Part shown: positions 1 through 13,613 of the stretch, one piece after another
How the letters are laid out: every line of letters starts with the position of its first letter
Numbering within the stretch: the stretch's first letter is position 1
Source: Octopus sinensis
Taxonomy: Eukaryota
DNA length: 64,000 nucleotides
Direction: 5' to 3'
NCBI RefSeq assembly: GCF_006345805.1
Contig: NC_043002.1
Span: 65,100,001 to 65,164,000 of the forward strand
The notes under the pieces: model-generated
Seen by the model: the letters and a program-made list of their open reading frames with translations, nothing else
Told to the model about the DNA's origin: nothing
The model's database searches: none
Program-made: the position numbers and the translations under genes

Positions 1-63
1 TAGGGCTTATAAATCTAATATTTTCCTATTCTTCCTTTTGTAATCAAACATCTGCATACATAC

Positions 64-365
64 GTACAGGGTCATGAGTGACTGAGATTGTACGTAGAAA
101 GTTACCCTCCGACGCACAAGTCCGGGCAAAGGTGTTATTGGAAGACCAGCAGTCGCCCATTCATACCAGCGTTCCCGCTTGGTAAAGGGGCCGATATAGC
201 TTGGTACCAGTGATTTTGCAACACATTTCTACAGCTGAGTGAACTGGAACAACGCGAAATAAAGTATAATTCTCAAGAACACAACACGCAGCCCAGTCCC
301 GGAATCAAACTCAAAACCTCACAATCGTAAGCTCGACGCTCAGACCACTGAGCCACGCGCCTTCA
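64..365 (-). mobile_element. tRNA-derived SINE (family C here; probably an octopus OR-type SINE)
   Basis: Minus strand begins GTGAAGGCGCGTGGCTCAGTGG (A box) ... GAGTTTGATTCC (B box). Body (CAGCTGAGTGAACTGG..GAAATAAAGT) is shared with the copies at 28208 and 42650. Confidence 0.8.
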
Positions 366-699
366 CTCACATGCACACGTACAAACATACATATAAACAG
401 GCATAAGACTAAACTTTTCAGACAGACGCAAAACAGACATTGAAGAGGTCATTTATTCGGTGAGGGCGCGACTAACGACGAACGGACTTTGACAAACAAA
501 TTCACCATTATTTGATTTTTTAACCAACGCATAAAACAAACTGTCGATAAGTTACTTGGTTAGATATTTAAACAATTCACTGACAACAAAGAAGTAATAA
601 CTAACCAGTGCGTGTGCTGTTATTACTGTCGTAATGTTCCTCTGAAGATCCAATGTGTTTCTAGTCTTCCGTGTCAGTCATTTAAAAAATACACACATA

Positions 700-1070
700 T
701 ATAATTCGTGTGTGCGTGCGCGTTTGTGTACGTGTGTGTGTGTGTGTGCGTGTTTATGTGTGTGAAAGTGTGTCTGTTTGTGCGTGGTTATGTATGTGTG
801 AAAGTGTGTGTGTTTGTGAGTGTGCATGTGTGTATACATGTGTGTAAATGTGTTTATGTGCATGTTTGTGTGTGTATTCTATGTGTGTATATGTGTGTGT
901 TTTTGTCCTCACACACCGGTACTGGTGTTTTTACGTCCCCAACACTTTGAGATTCATTGAAAGAAACCAATCTAGGCTTATGAAAAAAAACCAACTACTG
1001 AGGTCGGTTCATTCAACTAACAACTCTTTAAGCCATGCTCTAGTATGGCTGCAGTCTAATAACTGCTTGT
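700..1070 (+). mobile_element. (TG)-rich microsatellite plus diverged 3' half of SINE family A
   Basis: GGTGTTTTTACGTCCCC...CTAGGCTTA...CTCTAGTATGGCTGCAGTC resembles the SINE A 3' half seen at 13850-14030. Confidence 0.5.
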
Positions 1071-2243
1071 GTTTGTATGTACGTATTTGTTTTGTGTATG
1101 TTTGTATACAGAAGTTTGGCATACCTGCGTCTTAGTGTTTCTCTCTGTGTATGTACGTGTGTATGTGTATGATTTATGTGAATATAATTTCAATAATTTT
1201 CAGTGAAAATGAAATCAATATAAGAGGCAGAGTTATGTACCTATTCATTTCCACCTTTAAGTGATTTCAAAGTTCTCTAAATCTAGCTTTTACCTCTGTG
1301 TTTGTAGAAAAGATACATACAAGGAAATATATAACACTTTAAGTGTGAATAACGCAAAAGAATAAGCAACACCCGAAAAGATACGGCTTAACTGTGTATG
1401 TATTCTCAGCTTGTGATATGAAGAAGTAGGTAACTGAATAATATCGAATATAAAGTAAATATATGGTGAATAAATGGGTTTGTGTATTGAGGGAGTATAA
1501 TATTACATGTTTGATTCTGTGAACTAACGGATTCTAAGTTTATTTATACGTATTACTTGAGTAAGTGGGAATTTCGTATTAACTGCTTTTATTAGTGAAA
1601 ACGGAGAAAATTAGCATTTTAGTTTTAATTAGGGTCTATTTTTAAAAAAAAAATTTGTAACAAATTCATTCATTTTGAATATAATTAAGATGTAAACTTT
1701 TGAGTTTTTTTTCAATGTAAATGCACATATTTGTAATACAATAAATATTGAATTTAAATACTGGTAAAAAAAAATAACAAAAAATTATATGAGTAACTCT
1801 CTGTATTCAATACATTTTAAAACATTCATTAGGAGAAAGGTTTGTAAAAGATGAATAAATAAAATACGATCAGGAAGAGGTAAACAATTTTTTCCTTTAT
1901 TTCTACGTGTATTTTTAGGATTTATGAATGTATCTGAAATACGCCTGCAATTAATATTTCGGCTGAAAGTTCATATAGTTTAGAAAAACCGAAATGAAAA
2001 AGATTTTGAATAGAAGTAGCTATATTATTGAATGGAAAATGTTTCTATTTTAGATTTGAAAGAAATGTCTTATGTATTAAATAAATAATTATGTGTGGAG
2101 AAATACAATAAAAAGAAGAAAAAAAATTGTATGTGAAACAGTTAAGAGAAATGATTAGCTTTAACAAATTAAATATGATTGAAGAGGTCTGTATGGAATT
2201 AGCTCTCTCTTGTTATCAATAAGTAAAAGTATATATATATATA

Positions 2244-2632
2244 CTTGCTCAGAACATTGACCTCCTGGAATCTGTTCAGAGACGTGCAACCAAACGCATA
2301 CCCTCCAGACACCTACCATACTCCGAGCGCCTTGCTTCTCTGGGCATGGATTCACTGAAGCTTCGGCGTCTGGCGATGGACTTGCTAAACACCCACAAAG
2401 TTATCAACCACCTCACCAACAACAACACTGAGCACCTTTTTGATCTCCATGTGTCCAACACACGTGGAAATGCCTACAAAGTCAGAAAACAGCACAGCTC
2501 CCATGACTTTCGGAAACATTTTTTCACGCTCATCCTTCAAGGCCCTCATGCTTTCCGAAATCCGCCGAAAATACACCTGATTATACATACACTTTAGATG
2601 AGTTGTAGTGCACCTGAGCACTGTACACAATG

Positions 2633-2707
<75 letters not shown>
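2244..2707 (+). mobile_element. CR1-type LINE 3' fragment with (TTA)n tail
   Basis: Translates LESVQRRATKRIP..LPYSERLASLGMDSLKLRRLAMDLLNTHKV...TRGNAYKVRK...RKHFF, the typical CR1/L2 ORF2 C-terminus. A short 3' UTR and (TTA)n at 2635-2707 follow. Confidence 0.8.
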
Positions 2708-2711
<4 letters not shown>

Positions 2712-2739
2712 GTGTGTGTGTGTGTATAAAGTCAAATAT

Positions 2740-4480
2740 ATGTTCGGTCATAGAGTGACCAATGGATTTGCATCCATAGTGCGTTAGCTTTATAGACGAT
2801 TCGCCAGACATGAGTGGCCGCGGGCATATAACCTCCCTTCAAACTGGAGGTAGAAAACCGGGTTATCGCCCTTAGTTATCGCCCAACAAATCTTATGGAC
2901 CCAAAATGTGAACGTGGAATCTCCGCTATTTCCTGTCCGCAAATACTTATTACAGCCCTAATCAACGAACGGGGAATCCCAAGCCTGCAGCACGTATTGT
3001 ATTCATACGTGCTGTCCATCTGAACTTTGGCTCTGTAAACTATGCCTTTAATTATACAATCTCACCCTAAAGGGCAGAAACTTTGGTCTTTGGAATTACA
3101 TTTTTGGTTGTTTCCTTCAGCGGTACCTCTCGGTTTGCCTAGTATTTTCGTGTTATGCTTGTCTAACCTGAAGCGTCCTTCTATTAAAAATTCTATGGTG
3201 TTTATGGCTGACTGGAAAATGTCTTGAGACTAAATTTTAAAATTCTTTTCTTCCGTTAGTTCTAACGGTAGCGCTGAATGTTGGGTTGAACCACAAAACC
3301 TTTCTAGTTCTAGGTTTAGGTGCTCTATTCTGACTACTTTTACTACGAATATACTGTATCTCCTCTGAGAATTCACTGAAATAGAAAGCTTCATTACAGA
3401 ATAGGGTGGCATTTCGAGAAGCCACCTCGTCCGAAGGTAAAGCTGAAATCCAGGTTCACTCTATTACTAACTACATTTCTAAGTATGACAGGTGTGTGAT
3501 TCTATTCTTTTTCGATATAGTATAGACTTTAATTAGGTTTGCGAAAGAGCTTAAAGCTATAGAGTTCTAAATTTAAATCTAAAAAATTAAAGTTGTTAAC
3601 GTTTGTATCTTAATTTCAAACTTTGAAAGAATGCAATGTGATTCCTTGTAGGGCCAGCAAGTCATGTCCGTTCATGTTGCGGGTAACTATGCGTCCATCG
3701 TCCCTATAAAATCCTGCATTTAATGAAGGAAATTCTGTATTCTAGGTGTATAAAATATAAGTACCTATTAACAGGCACAATTCTGCTCCGTCGTACGCAC
3801 CCATCGGCACATCGAATAAAGAAACTCCGTTCTTTTTGACACAAGTTGATTCGGCAAAAACAAGTAGACATTTCCTGACATGTAAAATGATGCCTACGTC
3901 GGAATCGCTAATGGATAAGTACTCCTTGGAAATATTCAGTCCTCTAAGAATTAGAGGTCTGGATATAGATGGGCAAACGTATACTATATTAAAGTGCGTA
4001 AATTTACAGTTATGCTTTTCTCTGATACCCTTAAACCAGTCTATAACCGACCCCACTATTACTGCAAAGGTGTGAATCTAAATCCCTACTTAATTTATCT
4101 AGAATTGAATCTAAGATGTTTTTGCTAATTACTCGTTTTTTGTTTCTTGCTTTTGCTGAGTTAATCAATCTACGGGTTTCTATTAAAATTATTTGTATGG
4201 TCCTTAAGTGAGATAAAGAGTTTACGTAGGGGAAAAATATTCAACTCTATAACTATCTTTCAGGCTGGAAGGGATCTCCTTGCTCCAATATTCACCTCTT
4301 TTTATAAATTGTTGCTTGTTTTCTCGTATGTATCTGCGATGCTATCTATGTATCTGCCTGTCTGTCTCTCTATGTCTTTATCTTTATAAGAATCCGTGAA
4401 TTACAAACAGGATACATTCATTTATATTTCAATATAAACTAATTCACCAAACCTTTCAAATGCATTTGCTAACACAATGT
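2740..4480 (-). mobile_element. Decayed Penelope-like element (RT then C-terminal GIY-YIG, Hydra-clade-like)
   Basis: Minus-strand motifs in order: SLKDH..NF..P..RLIN, VIDWF, FDVPMGAYDGAELC, GFYRDDG (YRDD 3696-3707), RKVLWFNPTFS, CPLG*DCIIKGIVYRAKV. Many stops and frameshifts. Confidence 0.85.
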
Positions 4481-5159
4481 TACCTGCCTGAATTTTTTTT
4501 TTCTTGCATTTCTGTTTTATTTTTAATGTATTATAATATGAATCTGTATTAAAATAGAAATTTGCAATTGGCTTTTTCGACGCATATGTTCCAACATAAA
4601 ATTTGCATATAATTTGTTTTTCAAACTAGTATTTTTCTGTATTTTGCATTCATTTATCTTTTATATGTTACTAGTTTTAGCCCTTGGGTTTCTGCCATGC
4701 TACGACATCGCCTTGATGAGGTTCACTCAAATAAATGGGCCCAGAATGTATTTTTATTCTATCCGCTTCTCACGTGGTTGGAAACAAACAACATAGACAA
4801 GCTGGCACACATAAACACATAGATATGTGTGTGTGTGTATTATGAATGTGTGTGCGATTGTGTGTTCGCGCGTGCGTGTGAGTATTTATATATGTTTGTA
4901 TATCCTTATACAGAGAGAAATAATGATGCAACTCCGCAGTATAATCCTTGAAACAGGTAAAAGATAAAATACATGTAAATAGGGACAAAACTAACTCTGA
5001 AATTTTTCAAACGATGAATATTCAAGCATTAATTTATAGATCTTTATATACTGACAGAGTGAACTTAGAGAGAATACAAATCTTCAGAAAAATAAAGGGG
5101 AAAAGACCTGGTGTTGCAGGTCCGACAGATACTAAGTGTTTTCAATATTCTCGATCTTG

Positions 5160-5337
5160 ATTCTATGATCATATATATACGACGGCCTTCTTTCCGTTTC
5201 CGTCTACTAAGTCCACTCACAAAGCTTTGGTCGCCCCGAGGCTATAGTAAAAGACACTTGCCCAAAATGTCACACAGTGGGACTGAACCCGGAACCGTCA
5301 TGCTGAGCAGCAAGTTCCTTACCACACTGCCACTCTT
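5160..5337 (-). mobile_element. SINE family A, 5' half
   Basis: Reverse complement of the head GTGGTAAG..GGTTCCGGGTTCAGTCCCACTG..GGGCAAGTGTC..TTGTGAGTGGA shared with 13614. Confidence 0.8.
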
Positions 5338-5769
5338 CCAAATGTGCGCGACATGGTGATCTCATATCAAGATAAACAGCGCATGGCCTTGTAGGTGAGG
5401 CCCAGTTAGAATTTTCTTCTGGTCGAGTAGCCCATCCCGCTCAAAAGATCCCTGAATAAGGATCGTTTAAGGATGTTGAACGAACCACCCATGTTTCCAA
5501 AGGTGAATTATCCAAACCTCCAAGAATTCCTTTCAACACACGGCTATGATGCTCCTCCACTACTTCTGCTAGTAGTAGAGATGCACATATCGTTAGCCAC
5601 TAAGGGACATAGTCAACTGGTTAAAGTCTAGCAACTGACAAGCAAATCTGTGGTATTGAGCAGAATATTTGCTGTAGCCCATCTTTTATACCAAGACAAA
5701 ACTATGTACATGATAACACTTCCAATCAGTTAAGATCACAAGCAACGACTTTTGCTTTGTATTTGTACA

Positions 5770-6238
5770 AGTTGATTTCAAGCCTCACCCAGAGACCACA
5801 AGAGACAACAAGTTAGAATTACATGTTGGTGTTATGACTAGGGTATCATATATTTGGTTTTACACATAGTATTTTTCTACAGAAAACATAAGTAAATGAA
5901 GAGTTTGTTTGAAAAGGTATTGTTTAAGTCTTGAAGTTCCACATTTTGCCAATTTCTGTTTCAAGATCTTTATACCTGCTCAGTTTTTGGTAGATCTTGA
6001 CAGATACATTTATGTCAATTGAGACAGTCATATCAATGAGGAAGCATGATTTTAGTCTGAAGCATTTCAATATGATGTCTGGCCTATTCGCATCCATCTT
6101 TCTGTCAGTTTGAATGGTGAAGTTCCAACGGAGTGAGATGTGACCATTTTCAAGCAGTGGAAGTGGTTTGTGTTCCCACCAGTTTTTATCATGGAGCAGG
6201 TTCAGGCTTTTGCCAATTACCCAGTGAATATATTGTGC

Positions 6239-6240
<2 letters not shown>
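5770..6240 (-). mobile_element. R4/Dong-type LINE 3' fragment (restriction-like endonuclease)
   Basis: ORF 5924-6316 contains WWEHKP..LEN..ISLRWNFTIQTDRKMDANRPDII...LIDM...KLSRYKDLETEIGKMW (PD..D RLE). The 5' junction abuts an (AAT)n tract on the element strand. Confidence 0.85.
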
Positions 6241-6277
<37 letters not shown>

Positions 6278-6764
6278 TATATTTATATTATATATTACTG
6301 TTATATACATTTTCATACTCCTAATGGAATAATCATTAATAATTGGATTTACTGTATTTCAGCTAAATTGAACTATACATTACATCCCTTATCTTCGGTT
6401 TCTAACGTAGTTTGAAGCGTGATCCAGTAAAAGAGACCTTTGTGAGTACCACTGGATTTATGCAAATCCATATATTGTGTATGTATGTATGTATGTAAGT
6501 ATGTATGTATGTATGTATGTATGTATGAATGTATGTATGTATGTATGCATGTAAGAATGTATGAAAGTATGTATGTATGATTACTTGTAGGATTCAGCTG
6601 AATCAACATATTTTAAAAAGGACACCAAATGAGGTTCGAGATTAGCTTATCCACGTGTATATACTGTATACGCACAACTACGCATATATCTGTAGACATA
6701 TGGGCTTATCCTAGCATTTATCTATACATGCACATGAACAAATCAATATACATATTCATATATA

Positions 6765-7221
6765 CAGTTGAGAGGGATGACCACTATGTGGACAACCCTT
6801 ATGCAAGAAGTAGATCCGCTATGGTCTAACCACTGAGAAATGTTCTCAATAAAATTTAGCAAATACCAGAACGAAAGCGAGCGCGCCGAAACGAGGACAT
6901 TTGAAAAATAACCACAAGTGTATTAGGTAGAACTATATGCATGTCCAACCTTATGCAGACGTCTAGTGTATATTTCCGCAAATTATATTTGTAATGACGA
7001 TCATACTGAAGATCTACGGACAAATTGCGTTAGTAAAACTGCGTAACTGTTGATAGTGAAACATGTTTACGGTTAATCTGCATTTTTGTTACTTTTCATT
7101 TGTCATGCTTGTTTACGTTCAGGTTGCTAAATTTTCTTGAGAACATTTCTTAGTGGTAAGACCATTGCGCATCTACTTCTAGCATAAGGGTCGTCTATAT
7201 AGTGGTCATCCCTCTCATATG
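6765..7221. mobile_element. MITE with ~105-bp terminal inverted repeats and TA flanks
   Basis: 6765-6870 (CAGTTGAGAGGGATGACCACTAT...AAATTTAGCAA) matches the reverse complement of about 7124-7221 with scattered mismatches. TA on both sides; no ORF inside. Confidence 0.8.
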
Positions 7222-7691
7222 TATATAATACAATTTTCTAAACCTTCAGATTTTAATATGCTAGACCACTGGTTTTAAATTGATATCAATCAAATTAATA
7301 TCCATTTTTCACCCTCATTTTAAATTTTAATTTAAATACATATTCATATAAGTATTCATGCAGTTTTACAATCCACTGTGACTGCCAGATATAACGGAGG
7401 GCTTCATGTGTGGTATTTACGCCCTATGGAGTTGGTTATGATTCCCTTCAGCTGCTTCAGACATGACATTTATTGATGAATAACACGATTATATCAATGA
7501 CAAAAGCTGTTTTCTTCAAGAGAAGTGAAATTTCAAATTTCAAATTTGCTTCAAGAAAAATATCAATACATAAAATGTTTATACACCAATAAAAATTACG
7601 TCTGAAACGGATGTAGTGAATATCAATTCATTTATGCCTTGGCTTTCTTCTTTCCTTCTTACTTTCTTTATATATATGTGTGTGTGTAATT

Positions 7692-9437
7692 AGTAAACTA
7701 TCCAAAGAGCACATTAGTAAAAGACACCATCTCGCCTGGAAATCCATCAAAGACCTATCAGGCAAAAATTCTGGGTCATCAATTAGAATTAAAGGGGGAT
7801 CAGCTAAGAAGCGTTTAGAAAATTGGTCAACCCATTTTAAAAACCTCCCTGGGAAGAATGCCAAAATTCCTGATTACCCCACTCTTCCAAGTGTGCCTAT
7901 ATCAGACACGCTGGACATCAACACCTACCCTTTTACCATATTTGAACTAACAGCAGCCACCAAACAACTAAAAGCCTCGAAAGCATTTGGTCCCGACAGC
8001 ATCCCAGCTATAATTTGGAAGGATGATAGATTTCACACACTTTTTCTCAACCTCTGCAACCACACACTTTCCACCTTTGTCGCTCCAAAGATCTGGCACC
8101 AATCTCAAATCATCCCAATACCCAGAAAAGGCGATTTATCCCTCGTCACCAACTACAGGGGTATATCTCTAATGTCAATTGCTGCAAAACTGTACAACAA
8201 ACTGATCCTAAATCGTCTTGTCCTTTTTGTTGAACCTTTGCTCCGAAAGAACCAAAATGGATTCAGACATGGGCGCTCAACGCTGAGCCAGATACTATGC
8301 CTACGCAGACTTATTGACGAATCAAAAGCATTCAATCGCGATCTTGCAATGGTATTTGTGGACTTTTCTAAAGCGTTCGATTCTGTAGATAGGTACAAGA
8401 TGTTTGAAATCCTTAAGCTCTGTGGGATACCAGACAAAATAATTTCTATCATCAAGGTCCTCTACACAGATACGTCTTCAACCATCTTCACCCCTGACGG
8501 AAAAACATCATCTTTCTCAATCAAAGCCGGAATACTGCAGGGAGACACACTCGCCCCATTTCTATTCATCATTGTTGTTGATTATGTGCTACGTATGTCA
8601 TTTGATACCATATCTGGCAAGGGCTTTGAAATAAAACCAAGAAGAAGTTCCAGACACCCAGCTGAGTACTTGACAGACACTGACTTTGCTGACGACATCG
8701 CTCTTATCAGTGATTCTCTCTCCAATGCCCAGTCTCTTTTACAATCTCTTGAACAAGCCTCAAATTGTGTAGATCTTTACCTCAATGAGGCCAAGACTGA
8801 ATACATAAACAAGTGCCTGTCCAACAGTGATTGCATCATCCATACTCTCAACAATGCGCCCTTAAATATGGTTTTTGATTACAAATATCTTGGGTCATAC
8901 ATATCATCATCTGGAAAAGACTTTCTAACTAGAAATGGTATGGCCTGGTCAGCCTGTAATGACATGCATAAGATCTGGTCATCAAATCTATGTAGAGACT
9001 TCAAACTTGAAATCTTCAAAGCCACAGTCGAACCAATTCTACTATATGGCTCAGAAACCTGGACGTTATCAAAATAGCTTGAGAGGATGTTGGATGAAAC
9101 CTACACTCGCCTCCTTATGAGATCTCAAAATCTCTCGTGGAAGCGCCATCCAACCAAAATGCAAATATATGGGAAACTACCACCTGTGTCATCTCTTGTG
9201 AAAGGTAAGAGGGTCCAGTTTGCTGGACATTGTTGTAGAGCTGAAAAAGAGGTAATTTCTACTCTTCTCCTCTGGAAGCCATCTACTCGCAATACCAGAG
9301 GGCGCACACTCTCCTACACTGATGTAATCTCCAGGGATACAGGCATCCAGCAACAGGACCTCCGTAATGTCATGATGGACCGTGAAGTCTGGCGTAGCAT
9401 GGTAAATTCTATTGTCTCGACCACGGTCGAGCAATGA
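7692..9437 (+). pseudogene. RTE reverse transcriptase ORF (no endonuclease domain; one in-frame stop at 9075-9077)
   Basis: Motifs KAFGPDSI, NYRGISLMSIAAKLYN, QNGFRHGRST, FVDFSKAFDSV, GILQGDTLAPFLF, DFADDIAL, YKYLGS, LYGSETWTL. ORFs 7680-9077 and 9087-9437 are in the same frame. Confidence 0.92.
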
Positions 9438-9446
9438 TGATGATGA
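7692..9446 (+). mobile_element. 5'-truncated RTE-clade LINE with (GAT)n tail and 13-bp TSD
   Basis: TSD TGTGTGTGTAATT at 7679-7691 and 9447-9459. The ORF ends at 9437, followed by TGATGATGATGA. Confidence 0.92.
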
Positions 9447-9459
9447 TGTGTGTGTAATT

Positions 9460-9466
9460 TTGTATG

Positions 9467-9534
<68 letters not shown>

Positions 9535-10012
9535 TGTGTCTATGTATACACTATTATAAACAGATATACACACACACATATATATATATGTGTGTATGTA
9601 TACATACACATTTTTCGATGTGACAGGTAAACGATAAATACGAGATGTGACTTGTCGATATGACTGAAGAGAATTTCAAACGTTTAGCTGTAGCTGCATC
9701 TTGTCTCTTACACACCACGTGACGACGACTGACTGGAGTTAGTAAATAAAATATAAACCTTCCATTTATGGAAGGCGGTTGAAAGATCAAAGAAAGTCAG
9801 AATGTTGAATAAAAAATGTGATCCTTGCAGAGATAACGATACTCGAAAGCTCAAAAGCTTACCTAAACATGATCCCTATTTCCACACCAAATGTAATAAA
9901 ATTTTCATACGTACATACATACATACATACATGCATACATACATGCATATATATATATATATATGTGTATGTGTGTGGGTGGGTGGGGGTGTGCGCGTGT
10001 GTATGTTGTGTT

Positions 10013-10090
<78 letters not shown>

Positions 10091-10388
10091 CTACGTGTAT
10101 GTACCTGTGTGCTTGTGTGTAAGTGTGTGTATGGGCCTGTATTTAACTCTATGTGTGTGGTTGTGTGCGTGTGTGTGCGTGTGTGTGCGTGTGTGAATAT
10201 ATAAACTGCATACGCTTGAACACGTACGTTACACACAAAGGAATTCAATTCTTACATTTATATACGTTCTTACCTGCAGATAGATAGATAAACAGATAGA
10301 CACAAAAAGGATACACATGCACAGGACACACAGGCTTGTGTGGAAATATCAAACCACTTATACGCCCAAACACACACACGCGCAAACA

Positions 10389-10439
<51 letters not shown>

Positions 10440-10484
10440 GCATATATATACATATATATATGCATATATATATATATTATATTC

Positions 10485-10517
<33 letters not shown>

Positions 10518-10591
10518 ATATATATGCATATATATATTTATTATATATATATATGCATATATATATAAATATATATATGCATATATAATTT

Positions 10592-10633
<42 letters not shown>

Positions 10634-10832
10634 ATATATATACATATATATATACATATATATATGCATATATATAATATATACATATATACAGGTATAT
10701 ATATATATTATATATATATATTATATATATATATACGCGTATACATATATATATGTGTATGTGTGTGTATATAGAAATATATGTGTATTATGTATAGATG
10801 TGTGTATGCATATATATGTATGTATATGTATG

Positions 10833-10920
<88 letters not shown>
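9460..10920. repeat. Compound microsatellite block (TA, AG, TG, CATA)
   Basis: Directly visible runs; source of the poly-YI ORFs. Confidence 0.95.
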
Positions 10921-10923
<3 letters not shown>

Positions 10924-11894
10924 CCTCTGTATGCATTTATCTGGTTAGTGATCTGACTATACGATTCTGCTATTACTGGCTATATATTTCTACACTTGAT
11001 TTACCATCTTCGTATATTATACTTGATTGTGTTTCTATTATTGATTTTGTTTCTTTCTATATAAGTTATCGTTTCGTCTCTAGAAAGCACTTCAAAACAA
11101 ATGTGCTGTACACAAATGTAGAGATAGAGACAGAGAGGGGGTCACTAGCTAATAAAATGTCCTACAATTCTGTCGTTATGACGGCACTTTGAGTAGGTAT
11201 TTTTAACATTTGCCTGTATAATTAACGACAGTATATCAAGTACAGCCAGTTAAATTCAAAGAGCTATTATTGTGTTAGATTGCAATGCATTATATCAGAC
11301 CGTCACCCATATATCCGTATAAGATAGAAACACACAACAGAACACACACATACTTGCATGCACCAAGAAACACACCTTATCAGTCAAAAATCTATATGCA
11401 CATACATATATATTATATGTGCATGTATGCGTTTATAGATGTATACTAAAAGATATGTGTGGGCGTGCGTGTGAGTGTGTGTGTGTGTGTGTGTCTGAGT
11501 ATGTGTGTGGTCCTTTGTGCGTGTGTATATGTATCTTCGTGCCTGTGTAGTTATTGAAAAGTGTCTATTTTATTGGTCTGTCCTTTTATTAAATTTATTT
11601 TTTCATATCTTTTATGAGTTTATTGAAGATACTTGGGAAGATTAAAGTTCGTAAAATCAACATCGCAGACTCCACCCAATCATAGACCCATCTTCAGAAT
11701 AGAGAAATGCTGCCATCTGATATCGATTCTTTGTAGAAGACAGGAACGTGTGATTGGCAACGACATATCTGTCGGAATTTGAAATCCTGACTTTCAGAAG
11801 GTATTTGATTTTTGCAGATACGGGTACTGCTTGTGTGCTTGCTTTAGCTGTATGCTGCATTTTAGCTCTGCATTGAAAGCACATTGCGTATAGA

Positions 11895-12185
11895 ATAGGA
11901 AGTTGTGTTGGATTCAAGAAAGCAAGACGGTGGTTTCGATCCCTATACCAGGCAGTACGTTGTGGTCCTGCGATATACACATTATTTCAGTTTCCGCAAG
12001 CATATTCAACTGTGAATATATAGACTGCATACGCTTGAACACGGACTGGGATCCAGTTCAGAAGGAATGTTGTGCTTGCGGTCACCTAAACGCGATGGAA
12101 ACCGTTTAACCGGCCCAAACAGGCCCAGAGCCCAAGACACTAATGTCCAGAGATTGATTATTATGATGACGATGATGATGATGTT
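11895..12185 (+). mobile_element. Highly diverged tRNA-headed SINE with (ATG)n tail
   Basis: B-box-like GGTTTCGATCCC, then GTTGTGGTCCTG..CACATTATTTCAGTT resembling the family C body; ends in GATGATGATG. Confidence 0.4.
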
Positions 12186-12278
12186 AGATAGATATATATA
12201 TATATATAGATATGTACATGCATACACGCGCGCGCACACTTACACTCACACACACATGCACATACACACACATATATA

Positions 12279-13524
12279 AAGGATGGGCCAGAATTCACGA
12301 CTCTCTTGTTAGTTATATTTCTTAATGTGCTTATTTTATTGCTATTGTTTTATTCTATTTCTTAATATGCGTAACATGTTTTTTTTTATCTTTCCCAGAA
12401 TTTTACTAACCTCATGACACATCTTTTGCTAAGCTTGGAGAAACGTGTTCAATGTGTGAGATTATTTGCTAAAACGGACATCACTGAAGCCTGCAGAGAA
12501 ATGGGAGCAATTTATGGGCCATCGACACCTGCGAGAAAACTGTCGCTAGGATTAATAAGTTATATGATGAAACAGGTAGTGTTGTGGACCCAAAGAAACC
12601 AGTTTTTCAAAGATCTGCTCGAACAAATGGAAATAAAGGACGCATAGGAATTGAGCTAGAGAATTCTCCACAAAACTGCAAGTCATCAAGACGGAACGTT
12701 TCAAGGACTTCTTTAAGACGCTTTCTACATGTTGTGAAACCGTTTCCTTATCTCCCTCGTTTGATTCAAGAATTAATGGAAGATGACCCCCATTGTGGCT
12801 TGCAGTTTGCAGTAGAATGGCTGGACAAGTTGAATGATGACCCACCATTGGAAGAACGTGTTGTCTGAACTGATGAATCAAAATTTTAAGTTTCTGGGAG
12901 TGTTGTTTGGCATAACTGTGTATTGGAGTCAAGAAAATACTCAAATCATGATTGAGTATGACCGCAAAAGTCCTGAGATAATGGTGTAGCCATGTGTGAG
13001 TTACATTCTTTATTGTGGCATAAAGTGGGTCACGTATTTCAAACTTTTACAAAACCGAATACTCCCTAACTTAAAGGCACGAGAAAACTTTGGAGAACTA
13101 TGGTGGAAGCTGGATGGTGCTCCCTCACAGTATCCATCGACTGTTCTTGACTAGGTGAACAAAAATTTCCCTAATCGTTCGATTGTGAGGGGAGGGCCTG
13201 TGGAGTGGCCAGCTTGCTCACCTGATTTAACACCACCAGATATTTTTGTGGGGTTATCTAAAAGATCGTGTCTATCGTCAGGAAGTGAACAGTCTCGAAC
13301 GTCTTAAGTTAATTTCCAAGAATGAAACACAATCCCGGTAGACATGTTATAAAGCACGTGAAAATGTTTCCATACGGTTACACGCCTGTCTTGCAGCACA
13401 AGGAGACCCAGTTGAACATGAAATGGAAAACCGATTTAACTAAACATTGCATTCGTTAACGTTGTACATTTGTGTGCTTATATCAATAAATATAACTAAC
13501 AAGTGCATCATGAATTCTGGCCTG

Positions 13525-13529
<5 letters not shown>
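12279..13529 (+). mobile_element. Decayed full-length Tc1/mariner-superfamily transposon (DD37D/maT-like)
   Basis: ~40-bp TIRs (AAGGATGGGCCAGAATTCACGA..CTTGTTAGTTATATTT and its reverse complement at the right end) with TA flanks. Transposase remnants PFPY.PRLIQEL.EDD, TDES.F, DGAP, RGGPVEWP.CSPDLTP.D. Confidence 0.85.
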
Positions 13530-13604
<75 letters not shown>

Positions 13605-13613
13605 TATATATAT

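Noticed and set aside
3050-3080. In-frame TGA in the PLE endonuclease motif CPLG*DC as possible selenocysteine
   Set aside because: The TGA falls at a Gly position of CPLxGxC, not a Cys, and the element has many other stops, so it is simple decay.
11657-11895. Minus-strand ORF with a DRY-like word (SDRYVVANH) suggesting a GPCR exon
   Set aside because: No hydrophobic TM3 precedes it, no convincing splice sites, and part of the ORF overlaps a decayed SINE.
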